Source of the DNA: a virus
Strand: one strand, 5' to 3'
Virus record (IMG/VR): IMGVR_UViG_3300031088_000782
Coordinates: 107,383-171,382 of that record
DNA length: 64,000 bases
Part shown: piece after piece, positions 1 to 10,006 of the stretch
Position numbering within the stretch: position 1 is the stretch's first letter
Layout of the letters: every line of letters starts with the position of its first letter
Notes under the pieces: model-generated
What the model was told of the DNA's origin: nothing
The model's database searches: none
Seen by the model: only the letters and a program-made list of their open reading frames with translations
Made by a program: the position numbers and the translations under genes

Positions 1-254
1 AAACATTCTCAAAATATTTTGAATCTTCCGCTAAGGGGGTTGATCACATTCTCAGAGATGTTAAACTGTATTATAAGAAGTTAGTTCTTCAGGGAAATTG
101 GTCTGAGAAAAAATATGTTGTTGTCATTAATGATATTTTTGAAAATCGCATTCCTTTAACTGTTGTTACTTTAGACAGAAGTGGGCTTCTTTTCGAAAAG
201 GAAAAACTAAATTCTCAAAGAAGAGCTAAAACAGGAAGCAGGAGGCGAGTTTGA
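1..254 (+). CDS. 3' end of a truncated CDS (possibly replication initiator, by position)
   Basis: Frame 3 is open from the window edge to TGA at 252-254, directly before the DnaC-like gene. Confidence 0.6.
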   Translation, partial: TFSKYFESSAKGVDHILRDVKLYYKKLVLQGNWSEKKYVVVINDIFENRIPLTVVTLDRSGLLFEKEKLNSQRRAKTGSRRRV

Positions 255-255
255 A

Positions 256-1035
256 ATGAACGATGACAAACTTCATAACGCTATAAACAGTGATAATTTC
301 AATTTCGTCAATCACAATGAAACAGATTTTGAATCTTTCAGAAAATTTCAGCAGGACATTGACAAAAGATACTCAAAAGTTGAACGCGAAAGAACCATTC
401 GTGAGCGTTCAAAAAATCTTGAAAAATGGGACAATAGCCTACCAGAAAGATGGCGTGGAGCTTCTTTGTCGAAAATTCATAATCCGGCAGCTGAAGTAGC
501 CTTAAATATTATTAAAGAAAAAGGAAAAGGAAGCTTTTTTGTTAATGGAAATGCTGGATCAGGAAAAACCTATTTATCTTATGCCATCATTCGTAAATAC
601 ATTGGTTCAGGTTGGACAACTTTTTCTCAAGTGAAAATTATTTCAGAAGAAAGCATTCTGGGATTAGCTTATACTGGCTTTGAGGGCCGATCACGATTTG
701 AGAAAATGTTTGATGATAAGTATAAAGTCTATCTTTTTGATAACGTTGGAGGTCGAGAGCATTACGATACAAAAAAAGAGACTCCTTTATGGGAAAGACT
801 AATCGATCACATTTACAACAATTCTTTATATGCTATCTTCACAAGCAACGATTCAGCTTTGAACTTTTCCGAAATTCTCAGTGATTCAGGACAGGCAAAA
901 TTTAGCCATTTAATTTCAGGTAGAACTATTGAGGTCAGAGGAACACGACAGCCTGCTATTTCAGATAAAGACGATAAGAGAAAATCATCAAAAAACAATA
1001 ATTTTGATAGCAAATTAGATGCTTTCGATGGATAA
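256..1035 (+). CDS. DnaC/IstB-like AAA+ ATPase (helicase loader-like)
   Basis: LPERWRGASL N-motif, Walker A GNAGSGKT, degenerate Walker B YLFDNVG, IFTSN. Confidence 0.75.
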   Translation: MNDDKLHNAINSDNFNFVNHNETDFESFRKFQQDIDKRYSKVERERTIRERSKNLEKWDNSLPERWRGASLSKIHNPAAEVALNIIKEKGKGSFFVNGNAGSGKTYLSYAIIRKYIGSGWTTFSQVKIISEESILGLAYTGFEGRSRFEKMFDDKYKVYLFDNVGGREHYDTKKETPLWERLIDHIYNNSLYAIFTSNDSALNFSEILSDSGQAKFSHLISGRTIEVRGTRQPAISDKDDKRKSSKNNNFDSKLDAFDG

Positions 1036-1114
1036 TGCATATTTTCTGTCATAATCTTTGAATAATTTGTTAAAATGGTAGAGGCAAATAAAAACACTTC
1101 TGCTAAGGGGAAAC

Positions 1115-3460
1115 ATGTCAAAGAGAAAAGACGAAAGAAATTATATGCAGATTGATGAATTTTTCAGCAACACAAATTTGGAGCTGAATTCACAAGAGGC
1201 AAAAAAGAAAGCTGGATTCTTTAAGAAAACTGGAAGCTTCTTCATGCTTATCGTATGTGCCTCTGTTATGGGTGCTTTAATCAGCGTTCCAGGAATAGCT
1301 ACTGGATCAACTATTGCACAAGTTTCTGAACCCGTAGTTGACATGTGGAAAAACTACCCTGAAGAGTTAGATAATATTTCTATTGCTGAAAGAAATATAC
1401 TTTATGATAAAAATGGGGATGTCTTCGCTCAGGTATGGTCAGAAGATAGAGTCTCTGTAGAGGGGCTTGACGAAATAAGCGATTATGCAAAAAAAGGATT
1501 GATTGCAACAGAAGATAAAAGATTCTATGAGCATAATGGTTTTGACATCAAAGGTACAGCAAGAGCTGCGCTGAAAGGCGGCGGCGGTTCCGGCATTACT
1601 CAGCAGTTAGTTAAAAACCTACAGTTTTATAATATGGCCGGTAAAGACAAAAAAGAAAAAGCCATCGAGGTTTCTTATCAAAGAAAGGCTAAGGAACTTA
1701 AGCTTTCATTAGCCTATGAAAAAACTCATTCAAAAGACGAAATTCTTCTTCAATATTTCAATACAGTTGCTTTTGGAAATCCCAATATTTATTCAATTGA
1801 AGCTGCTTCTCAGTATTTTTTCGGGAAACCAGCTAAGAATCTCAGCCTTGCAGAATCAGCCATCCTTGTAGGATCTGTGCAAAATCCGGTTAAATACAAC
1901 CTTAGCAAAGACGAATCTAAAGATTTGTGGAAAGAGCGACAGAAAATTGTCCTCAACAGGATGGTTTCAGAAAAATATATTACTCAAGACGAAGCTGATG
2001 AAGCTTACAAAGAAAAAATCAAACTTGTCAAAAAGAAAACCTCAGCAGGAAGCTGTGTTTCATCAAAATACCCTTTCTATTGTGATTATGTTATGGGATA
2101 TTTGAAAAAATCTTCTAAGCTTGGAGAAACACAAGAAGAACGAGATGCTATTCTTGCAAAAGGTGGATTGCATATCAAAACATATATGGATCCGAAAGTG
2201 ATGAAAGGCATTGATAAACAGTTGGAAAATGATTTTGGAAACAAAAATCGTGTTGTTGCTCCTGCAGCTGTTGTTCAACCGGGAACTGGTGGAGTTTCAG
2301 GGTTTGGGGTCAATAGAGAATATGGATCAGGTAAAGGCAAGACTACTATCAATGTTCCTGCTAACAAGTCAGGAACAGGATCCGCTTATAAACCGATAAC
2401 TTTGGCCGCAGCTTTGGAAAGTGGAATGAAAGAAAGCGATTTGAATTTCAGTTCATCTTGTCCTTTGAATCCTGGTTCCCAATATGATGCTCCTGTGGGT
2501 GGATTCAAGAACTCTAATGGTTGTGGTTTTCAATCTGGAAAACTTGACTATGAACAAGCTACAGCATGGTCATCTAACACCTGGTATCTAACGCTTGCAA
2601 TGAAAACAGGAATGAATAATGTTATTGACATGAGTAAAAAACTTAATTTGAATGTTCCAGAAGGGACTTCAGAACGAAGCCTTGCTCTTGTTATAGGTTC
2701 AGCAGAGAACAGTAACATCGACATGGCTGCGGCTTTCGGAACTTTTGCAAATGAAGGTGTCTTTTGCCCTGCAACACCTGTGGCATCTTATGAATATGCG
2801 GATGGAACTTCTCCCGCTGTTCCCGATACGTACGATCCTTCAGAAACATCATGTAGGCGTGTTATGAGTCCTCATACTGCATCTGTAGGGTTGAAAGCTA
2901 TGCGAGCAAATACTTATCCAGGACATGCTAAATCTCCTTTCGGTGTTGCAGCAAAAATTAAAGGATATGACGCTGTTGGAAAATCAGGAACAAACCAGAA
3001 TTACAACTGGACATGGGTTCAGGTTTCCAAAGATTATTCAATGTTCTTCAATATTTATGACATGGATAGGGTTTCTAATGGGGTCAAAGGAATGACTTAT
3101 AAAGGAAGTTTCACAAGTAAAAACATCTCCACTAAGGCCGGGTCTGATGTTCTTCGCAGTATTGTCAAAGAAACAAATGCAAAGAGCAAAAAACTTGATT
3201 ATAACAATAAGGATAGTAGTTTGAAGCCAGTTCCAGTTGAGACACGAGATTACTTTACAATCCCTTCCACTTTGGGAATGAAACCTGCTGAAGCTCTTTC
3301 TGCAATGAAAGCATTAGGAATTAATGCTTATGTCAGTAAAGAGAAGAGACCTGCATCCAAAGGTTATCCTGAAGGTGTCATCATTGAACAATCTCTTGAC
3401 CCAGGGTTGCAATTGCCTGTGGGGACAAATAAAGAAGTAATTCTATATATGTCTGAGTAA
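1115..3460 (+). CDS. Class A penicillin-binding protein (transglycosylase + transpeptidase + C-terminal PASTA-like)
   Basis: TM anchor; EDKRFYEHNG and ITQQLVKN transglycosylase motifs; SAYK, SSN, KSGT transpeptidase motifs. Confidence 0.92.
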   Translation: MSKRKDERNYMQIDEFFSNTNLELNSQEAKKKAGFFKKTGSFFMLIVCASVMGALISVPGIATGSTIAQVSEPVVDMWKNYPEELDNISIAERNILYDKNGDVFAQVWSEDRVSVEGLDEISDYAKKGLIATEDKRFYEHNGFDIKGTARAALKGGGGSGITQQLVKNLQFYNMAGKDKKEKAIEVSYQRKAKELKLSLAYEKTHSKDEILLQYFNTVAFGNPNIYSIEAASQYFFGKPAKNLSLAESAILVGSVQNPVKYNLSKDESKDLWKERQKIVLNRMVSEKYITQDEADEAYKEKIKLVKKKTSAGSCVSSKYPFYCDYVMGYLKKSSKLGETQEERDAILAKGGLHIKTYMDPKVMKGIDKQLENDFGNKNRVVAPAAVVQPGTGGVSGFGVNREYGSGKGKTTINVPANKSGTGSAYKPITLAAALESGMKESDLNFSSSCPLNPGSQYDAPVGGFKNSNGCGFQSGKLDYEQATAWSSNTWYLTLAMKTGMNNVIDMSKKLNLNVPEGTSERSLALVIGSAENSNIDMAAAFGTFANEGVFCPATPVASYEYADGTSPAVPDTYDPSETSCRRVMSPHTASVGLKAMRANTYPGHAKSPFGVAAKIKGYDAVGKSGTNQNYNWTWVQVSKDYSMFFNIYDMDRVSNGVKGMTYKGSFTSKNISTKAGSDVLRSIVKETNAKSKKLDYNNKDSSLKPVPVETRDYFTIPSTLGMKPAEALSAMKALGINAYVSKEKRPASKGYPEGVIIEQSLDPGLQLPVGTNKEVILYMSE

Positions 3461-3512
3461 AAAATTGGGTAGAAAGCAACTTTAAAAACCACAGCTTTCT
3501 ACCCAATTTTTC
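3460..3512 (+). terminator. Inverted repeat, probable terminator
   Basis: AAAATTGGGTAGAAAGC...GCTTTCTACCCAATTTT directly after the PBP stop. Confidence 0.65.
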
Positions 3513-3564
3513 AGTAGATATTTTCGGTAGAATATTAAGAGATAAAACAACAAAAGGAAAATCT

Positions 3565-4026
3565 ATGAGCAAAGAAATTGACTATGAAAACATTCATCAA
3601 TCAATTGAGGATGCTATCGAAAACTTCAAAGTGGCGAAAAATAATTTTGAAACCCAACGCGAAGAACTTGTGTCAATAAACAGAAAAGTTTCTGAAAGCA
3701 TTTCTCAACTTCAAGAAGCAAAATTGAAGATTGAAGATCTTTTGGGGGAAGATGAAGATAAAGTTTCTAAAAAAACACCAAGAAAAACTGCATCTAAATC
3801 TCAGTCGAGCAAAAAATCATCTGCTAGTAAAAAAGTAGTTGAAGAACCTAAAAACGATTTAAAAGAAGAAAGCGAATCTTTGGCTAAACCGAAGAATAAA
3901 GTTATTGCTCAAAATGATACTAATGATAAAGATGATTCCGCCAGCAGTAAAGATAAAGACATTGAAAGCTTTATCACTGATGATGGATTGTTTGATTCTG
4001 ATGATATAGACGAAATTAATTTTTAA
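3565..4026 (+). CDS. Hypothetical protein (N-terminal coiled coil, acidic tail)
   Basis: ORF with AAGGA RBS; C-terminus DDIDEINF resembles SSB-type acidic tails. Confidence 0.7.
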   Translation: MSKEIDYENIHQSIEDAIENFKVAKNNFETQREELVSINRKVSESISQLQEAKLKIEDLLGEDEDKVSKKTPRKTASKSQSSKKSSASKKVVEEPKNDLKEESESLAKPKNKVIAQNDTNDKDDSASSKDKDIESFITDDGLFDSDDIDEINF

Positions 4027-4050
4027 GAGAAGAAAAGGAAAAACAATATA

Positions 4051-5253
4051 ATGAAGATTACGATTAATTCAAAAAGTTTTGTGGAGGCTGTTTCTTGGGT
4101 CACAAAATCATATGACACAAAAAACGACAGGTCTTATATAGCTTTGTCGATTGATTCAGAGGGTGAAGGTGTTCTTTCACACGCTAATGCCAACTCATAT
4201 ATGAAGAGCAATTACAGCGTTGTTTCAGTTGATTTTGATGGTGATGATCAAGACAATGCTGTTTTCTCCGTAGATGGAGCTTACCTGAAGAATTTAGCTA
4301 ATGCTATCGGTTCATCAGGTGGAGATTTTGTCATCAGTAAAAAGCTGAAAGCAGAAAGAACCTCTCTTGATGTTAAAACAAATTTAGGAAAATTCACTAT
4401 CCCACTTCTTGATCAGACAGTTGCAAGCGAACCAGAATTCGTTGAAATTGGAGAAGTTGATGACAATGAATTTTTTGATTCTTTGACAAGAATTGCAAAA
4501 CTGTGTGATTCTGATAATTCAGGTTCATCAAGCTTTATCGGATCTGTTGATTTCGGCTTTGACACAGAAGAAAAAACTGTTAAGATGTTTGCTACTGATA
4601 GATATGCTTTAGGTGAAATTTCTCTTGATTTCAGCCCCTCCGAAGAAGAAGATGATACAGTTGATGAAATTGTTTCAAAACATATTCTACTTCCTAGCAA
4701 CAGCGCAAATATTGTTTCTTCTACTAAGGGGATAAATACTTCTATCACTCTCATTGCTGAAGATAGTGGAGATGGGACATTAAGGTTTGGCTATTCTTTC
4801 CCTGATGGACGAATCGCTCTTTTCTCTTTAGTCAATGCTGCTACCTTCCCTCACACAAAAGCAATGAAAGATAAAGCACTTAAAGAAGTGGAGCACGAAG
4901 TTACTCTTGAAACTTCTGATTTGAAAAATGCTATCAGAACTATTTCAAGCCTTTCTCCGTCAGAAGATGACATTTATTTCACAATTTCAAGTAAAGGTTT
5001 AGTTGTCACAGATTCAACTAAATCAAATTCCCTAAAAGTGGATCATGATGAAATCGACTATGACAATGACGAGGATTATCGTGCTCGTTTTGTCAGAAGT
5101 GTTATCAATGAAGCTTTCAGTCCTATTAGCACAAATAAAATGAAACTCAAGTGGGGGTCAGACAGTATGGCTTTTGTTCTTGAACCTATTACAGAAGATG
5201 GGGAAAGTGTAAATAACGTTTTCGTCATGGCTGTTATTGGGAAAGTCAACTGA
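4051..5253 (+). CDS. dnaN: DNA polymerase III beta sliding clamp (divergent)
   Basis: 400 aa; MKITINSKSFVEAVSWV start resembling actinobacterial DnaN; conserved ATDRYAL motif. Confidence 0.8.
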   Translation: MKITINSKSFVEAVSWVTKSYDTKNDRSYIALSIDSEGEGVLSHANANSYMKSNYSVVSVDFDGDDQDNAVFSVDGAYLKNLANAIGSSGGDFVISKKLKAERTSLDVKTNLGKFTIPLLDQTVASEPEFVEIGEVDDNEFFDSLTRIAKLCDSDNSGSSSFIGSVDFGFDTEEKTVKMFATDRYALGEISLDFSPSEEEDDTVDEIVSKHILLPSNSANIVSSTKGINTSITLIAEDSGDGTLRFGYSFPDGRIALFSLVNAATFPHTKAMKDKALKEVEHEVTLETSDLKNAIRTISSLSPSEDDIYFTISSKGLVVTDSTKSNSLKVDHDEIDYDNDEDYRARFVRSVINEAFSPISTNKMKLKWGSDSMAFVLEPITEDGESVNNVFVMAVIGKVN

Positions 5254-5278
5254 AAAAACACGATAGGATAAATAAAAC

Positions 5279-5965
5279 ATGGTGCCAGAGACAAATCTAA
5301 TAGGAATAATTGCTTCTTTTCTTGCAGTTATTGTTCCAGTTGGTTTAGGAATTTTTTCAATATTTTTTAAGCCAAAATGGATGAAAGATAAGTCTCTGGC
5401 TCCTTCGTGGACAAAAATTAACGTAGCTGCAATAACAGTTGGATTGTTATCAGGATGTTTTGGTTGGTTCATGTACAAAGAATTTGGAACTTACATCAGC
5501 GGTATAGCGTTTCTCAACTCTTCACTTCTAGGATTCAGTGTTTTTCAAACTTTTTTCACTGATTTTTGGTATAGGCTTGCAGATAGAAGAATTTTAAATA
5601 TTTCTACGCTAATTTCTCTTCTCTTCGGTATATATATGACTTGGGATATTTTTGGAAAAGAAATGTTGATGATATATGGCATTTTATTCTTTCTAGCAAC
5701 AATAGTTTTATTTATTCCAAGCATAGGATCTTCTGATGGAAGAGCTTTACAACTAGTTGTTTCTGCAACTGTTCCTCTTGTTGGTTTAATGGGTTTTCAA
5801 TGGGGAATAGTAATGTTTTTGATTTTAATTTGTGCTTTTGGAATCGGGAATGCAATATACAAAAAAGATTTGAAGTCTTTAGTGAAAAAGGTCTCTATGC
5901 CTTTGGTTCCTATAATATTATTAGCATTTTTAATAGTCATATTATTCTATAATTTATTTTTCTGA
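5279..5965 (+). CDS. Multi-pass membrane protein, prepilin peptidase (A24)-like
   Basis: Multiple TM helices; TDFWYRLAD and GSSDGR resemble the two catalytic Asp motifs; C-terminal MPLVP. Confidence 0.55.
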   Translation: MVPETNLIGIIASFLAVIVPVGLGIFSIFFKPKWMKDKSLAPSWTKINVAAITVGLLSGCFGWFMYKEFGTYISGIAFLNSSLLGFSVFQTFFTDFWYRLADRRILNISTLISLLFGIYMTWDIFGKEMLMIYGILFFLATIVLFIPSIGSSDGRALQLVVSATVPLVGLMGFQWGIVMFLILICAFGIGNAIYKKDLKSLVKKVSMPLVPIILLAFLIVILFYNLFF

Positions 5966-6022
5966 AATAGTGACCATTGGCGATATTCATTTTAAATATC
6001 CGTAAATTTGAAAGGTTTTAAC

Positions 6023-6937
6023 ATGTCAGACATTTTAGACAGCATTGACGATTTGGTTGATGATGATGAAGATTTTAACGAAGAAACAGAAGATTTCTAT
6101 GATGCTTCTTCTGACCTTGACACTGTTCTCAATGACGAAGGAGAAATGTCAGAAACAGAAGCAAGAGAAGTGACAGCTGCAATACGATCTGCAGTGACAG
6201 CAACTTACATTCTTTTGTCTCAAGCTCATGAAGGAAAAGCCTATAAAGCATTAGGGTATGACACATGGGCTGATTATGTCCGCGAAGAATTTGAAATCTC
6301 TCCTCAACGCTCTTATCAGCTTCTTGATCTTTCAAAAACAATTAAACTTATTGAAGAAGTTTCGCCAGAAGGAACAGTTGTTAAATTAACCGAAGCTCAA
6401 GCTCGTGACATCAAAAGAGAGCTTCCAAAGATTACAGAAAAAATTAGCGAAGAAACCAAAGATCTTAATTCCGATGAAGCCGGAGATCTTGTTGGACGAA
6501 TTATCGAAGATGCAAGAGAACAGCAGAAAGCTGATGAGAAAGGCATTGCTGAACGAGAGAAAAATCTTGCTGAAGCGGAAAAAGAAGGATATCAAAAGGG
6601 ATTAGAAGCGGCTGCTGATGCAATGCTTGAAGAAGATGAGGAAGAAAGAAGCCCTAATAGAACTTTTGATGCTGATGCTCCTGACAGAATGACAGATTCA
6701 GCAGATGACGAATTTCTCGAAGTTGATGTGGATGGGGACGGAGGAGTTTCTCCATCTGATAGCATGAACCTTTATCAATTCGTTAATGCTTTGACAGGTA
6801 TTTCCTCTCTTCCTGAACCCGATGATTTTGTTGAAACCATTCCAGAATCACGATTTGATGAAATGTATGAACAGATTTTAGAGTCAGCTTCATGGATGAA
6901 TAGATTATCTACATTAATGGAGTTGCGTAAAAGTTGA
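6023..6937 (+). CDS. Hypothetical acidic protein with possible HTH
   Basis: ORF 6008..6937, ATG at 6023; ALGYDTWADYVREEFEISPQRSYQLL segment looks HTH-like. Confidence 0.65.
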   Translation: MSDILDSIDDLVDDDEDFNEETEDFYDASSDLDTVLNDEGEMSETEAREVTAAIRSAVTATYILLSQAHEGKAYKALGYDTWADYVREEFEISPQRSYQLLDLSKTIKLIEEVSPEGTVVKLTEAQARDIKRELPKITEKISEETKDLNSDEAGDLVGRIIEDAREQQKADEKGIAEREKNLAEAEKEGYQKGLEAAADAMLEEDEEERSPNRTFDADAPDRMTDSADDEFLEVDVDGDGGVSPSDSMNLYQFVNALTGISSLPEPDDFVETIPESRFDEMYEQILESASWMNRLSTLMELRKS

Positions 6938-7000
6938 TTTTTGAGTTTTTGTTTGGTAGAATGAATTTATCATGTCCCAACTAAATGAAGAGGTAGAACA

Positions 7001-9028
7001 TTGGATAAATTCTCAGATTACGCAAACACAGCAGAAAACTCTTACCAGGTCTCTTTAGAGCTTAAAATGGTAGATCAAGACAGTTCTTACCTGCCTATGA
7101 TGTATGAAAACCTTCCACTCGAATTCAAAAAGGAATTGGACGATTTAGCGTCTGAACTTCTTGATCCAGATCGTGGACATGTAGCTGTTATCGGTTCATC
7201 ACAGTCAGGTAAGACTTTTTTGATCAATCAACTTGTTGGAAATTTTGATCGATACCTTGACAAACTCAATAGAGATGTCATGCACTTTGTCCGAGTTGAC
7301 GAAGATGATCTGTATGACATTATGGCACTTCCTAACCGTTACAGTACATATATTGACAGTATTGTAGATGAACTTCAGTGCTCGGAAGCTGACATTTGTT
7401 TTGTTACAGAAAATGTCGAAGTTGCATCAAAATTGTTCTCTTTCTCAAAGCGTTCACGCATTATTTTCGAAGCAAGCCGTTCAACATTTGTCAACATCGT
7501 CAATGCAGAAAACTCCGGAGACACTAAAATGTGGGCTAGCTGGAGATATGTGGATGTGACAGAGATTTTCATTAAAAAACAAGAACTTATTGATACCGTT
7601 TATCTTGCTTTAAATGAAAGAATTAAAGAAACATTCAATGTTGATCTAACAAAGAAAATGATTGCAATGTTCGTCAGTCATGCTTTGCGCAAGATTCCCG
7701 GATTGGTTGGAAAAGAAGGATATACAAAAGGAAAAATCCTTGCCCCTCTCGGCGTTTGGTTGGTTACTCTGAGAAGAATGGGAGGAATTCTTGGGCTTGC
7801 AGAGTCCAATTCCTTCCAGGATAAAAACGGAAAACTTGTTTTAGGAAAAGTCATTAATAACATTTTCCAAGACAATCAGGAAATTCTTGAATCATACATT
7901 GAAGAAGAGTTCCCAGAAGATTCAGATAACAGTATTCTTATTCCGCTTCCTGGTGGTCAATTCGTCAAAATTCCTATGCCACCGATGGCTAATCCTTTTG
8001 ACGGAATTCCAGGGTTGGAGAGTTCTAGCGAAGAGAATATTCTTCAAGAGATCGATAAGAACCAGAAAGTTCAATTTAAAAACATTGATGAACTTGGCGA
8101 TAAGCTGAAAAAAGAAGTTATCGGTCAAGATGATGCAGTTAAAGAAATCGTTGATGGTTTGGTTGTTCCAGCAGCCGGTTTGAATGATCCTACTAAACCA
8201 ATTCGTTCAATGTTCTTCCTTGGGCCTACTGGCGTAGGTAAGACTAAGATGGCGCAAACTCTTGCTGAAGAAATTGCAGAAAAGCCTCTTAACCTTGTGA
8301 GAATCGACATGAGCGAATATTCTCAGCCACATGAAGCTTCAAAACTTCTTGGTGCACCTCCAGGATATGCCGGATTTGACAAGGGAGGCGTTCTTACAAA
8401 TGCTATCAGTCAGAACCCATGCTCTCTCATTCTTCTTGATGAAATCGAAAAAGCAGATCCGAAGATTTGGGATAGTTTCTTGCAGATTCTTGATGCAGGT
8501 AGAATGACTGATGGGACAGGAAATGTAGTTGATTTCACTCAAACAATTATTATTATGACCTCAAATTTGGGAGCAAAAGAAAACCAGAAGTCTCTCACCG
8601 GATTTAACACCGGAATGGAGAATGAGGATGAAAAGAATCAGAAAGCGAAAAAGGTCACAATGAAAGCATTGGAAGACAATTTCCGTCCTGAACTTATTAA
8701 CCGTATTGACGAAATTATCAACTTTAATGAAATTTCTAGAGATACAGCTCTTCAGATTGTAGCTAAAGAAGTTGGGATCCTTTCTGATAGAATGAAGAAT
8801 TCAGGATATACTCTTGAAGGTCTCTCTTCTGATATTTTGGATGAGGTTCTTCTTCGTTCTAATATTGCAAAATATGGAGCAAGGGATATCCAAAGAGTTA
8901 TTTTGAAAAGCATTTCAAATCCTGTTGCTTACAGTATGGTGACAAACAAAAATGACGATAATAGTAATGTTTTTTCGCTCTTTATAGATAATGATAAGAA
9001 CATTTCAGTTAAACGATCACTGAAATGA
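7001..9028 (+). CDS. ClpA/B/C-family AAA+ ATPase (degenerate first AAA, intact second AAA)
   Basis: VIGQDDA, GPTGVGKT, RIDMSEY, LLGAPPGYAG, LLDEIEKA, FRPELINRID, YGARDI. Confidence 0.88.
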   Translation: MDKFSDYANTAENSYQVSLELKMVDQDSSYLPMMYENLPLEFKKELDDLASELLDPDRGHVAVIGSSQSGKTFLINQLVGNFDRYLDKLNRDVMHFVRVDEDDLYDIMALPNRYSTYIDSIVDELQCSEADICFVTENVEVASKLFSFSKRSRIIFEASRSTFVNIVNAENSGDTKMWASWRYVDVTEIFIKKQELIDTVYLALNERIKETFNVDLTKKMIAMFVSHALRKIPGLVGKEGYTKGKILAPLGVWLVTLRRMGGILGLAESNSFQDKNGKLVLGKVINNIFQDNQEILESYIEEEFPEDSDNSILIPLPGGQFVKIPMPPMANPFDGIPGLESSSEENILQEIDKNQKVQFKNIDELGDKLKKEVIGQDDAVKEIVDGLVVPAAGLNDPTKPIRSMFFLGPTGVGKTKMAQTLAEEIAEKPLNLVRIDMSEYSQPHEASKLLGAPPGYAGFDKGGVLTNAISQNPCSLILLDEIEKADPKIWDSFLQILDAGRMTDGTGNVVDFTQTIIIMTSNLGAKENQKSLTGFNTGMENEDEKNQKAKKVTMKALEDNFRPELINRIDEIINFNEISRDTALQIVAKEVGILSDRMKNSGYTLEGLSSDILDEVLLRSNIAKYGARDIQRVILKSISNPVAYSMVTNKNDDNSNVFSLFIDNDKNISVKRSLK

Positions 9029-9049
9029 AACTACTGAATGGAGTAATGT

Positions 9050-9997
9050 ATGTCACAGGATTTTGGCATAGACAATGAAGGTCAAGGATTTGATTTCGAT
9101 GATGACGATGAAACAGATCTTGACAAACTGCTTGACATAGCTGGGCGAACATCTGATGCTGATGACGATGATGATTCAGTGCTATTCTTCAATGATGACA
9201 AAAAAGAAGAACCACAGACACCAGTTTATGAAACAACAAGCAGAGTGCAAGATAATAACGAATCAGATGATTCTTCTGTAGAAGTTGAAGATAATTATGA
9301 TGATGTTGAAGAAGTCGTTGTTGAAACACGCCCGGAGCCAGTTGCTTATACTCCAGAGCCAGATAATAGCTATCAAGAGATTCAAAGACAAGAGCCTGAA
9401 CCTGCAGAGACTCCGCAAGCAAGGGAAAGGGAGACTGAAGTGCAACAACAATATGTTGCATCAGTCTCCCAGCCTGAGCCTGCAGTTCAAGAATATTCTT
9501 ACAATAATTACGAAACAAGCCGACCTAGCCCTAGCATTCGTAAGGTAGCTATAAAATCAGAAGCAGAAGAGATCAGAGAAACACGTAAAGTTATTAAAAT
9601 TCTTGACACTTACAGAAATCTTCAAAGTGATGCCAGAAATATTGTTTCTCAATTCTTAGATAATGATGACATGGATGATGAATCCACACTTGTTGTCAAA
9701 GTTTTGAGAGCCGATCCTATGTTTGCGAAAACAATGGCAGCTTTGAAAGATTCTGCAAGTCAAGATGATAGGGTTGAAAGAGTATTCTATATTCTGCGTC
9801 TTAATACAGAAGTTCTTCATAATTTAGGAAAACTTGTTGGAACTTTGACAGATGAAGAAGAGGAAATTCCAGGAATAGGCGACAGTATTGAATATTCTAA
9901 GAATGTAGAAGAAGCAATCAATGGAATCGACAAGAAAATCATCGGTTATGTCTCAGCAACACAATCGGTTCTTGCCGCTGCAGAAGATGAAGAGTGA
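9050..9997 (+). CDS. Hypothetical protein, acidic disordered N-terminus
   Basis: 315 aa ORF in operon-like spacing. Confidence 0.7.
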   Translation: MSQDFGIDNEGQGFDFDDDDETDLDKLLDIAGRTSDADDDDDSVLFFNDDKKEEPQTPVYETTSRVQDNNESDDSSVEVEDNYDDVEEVVVETRPEPVAYTPEPDNSYQEIQRQEPEPAETPQARERETEVQQQYVASVSQPEPAVQEYSYNNYETSRPSPSIRKVAIKSEAEEIRETRKVIKILDTYRNLQSDARNIVSQFLDNDDMDDESTLVVKVLRADPMFAKTMAALKDSASQDDRVERVFYILRLNTEVLHNLGKLVGTLTDEEEEIPGIGDSIEYSKNVEEAINGIDKKIIGYVSATQSVLAAAEDEE

Positions 9998-10006
9998 AAG
10001 TAGAAA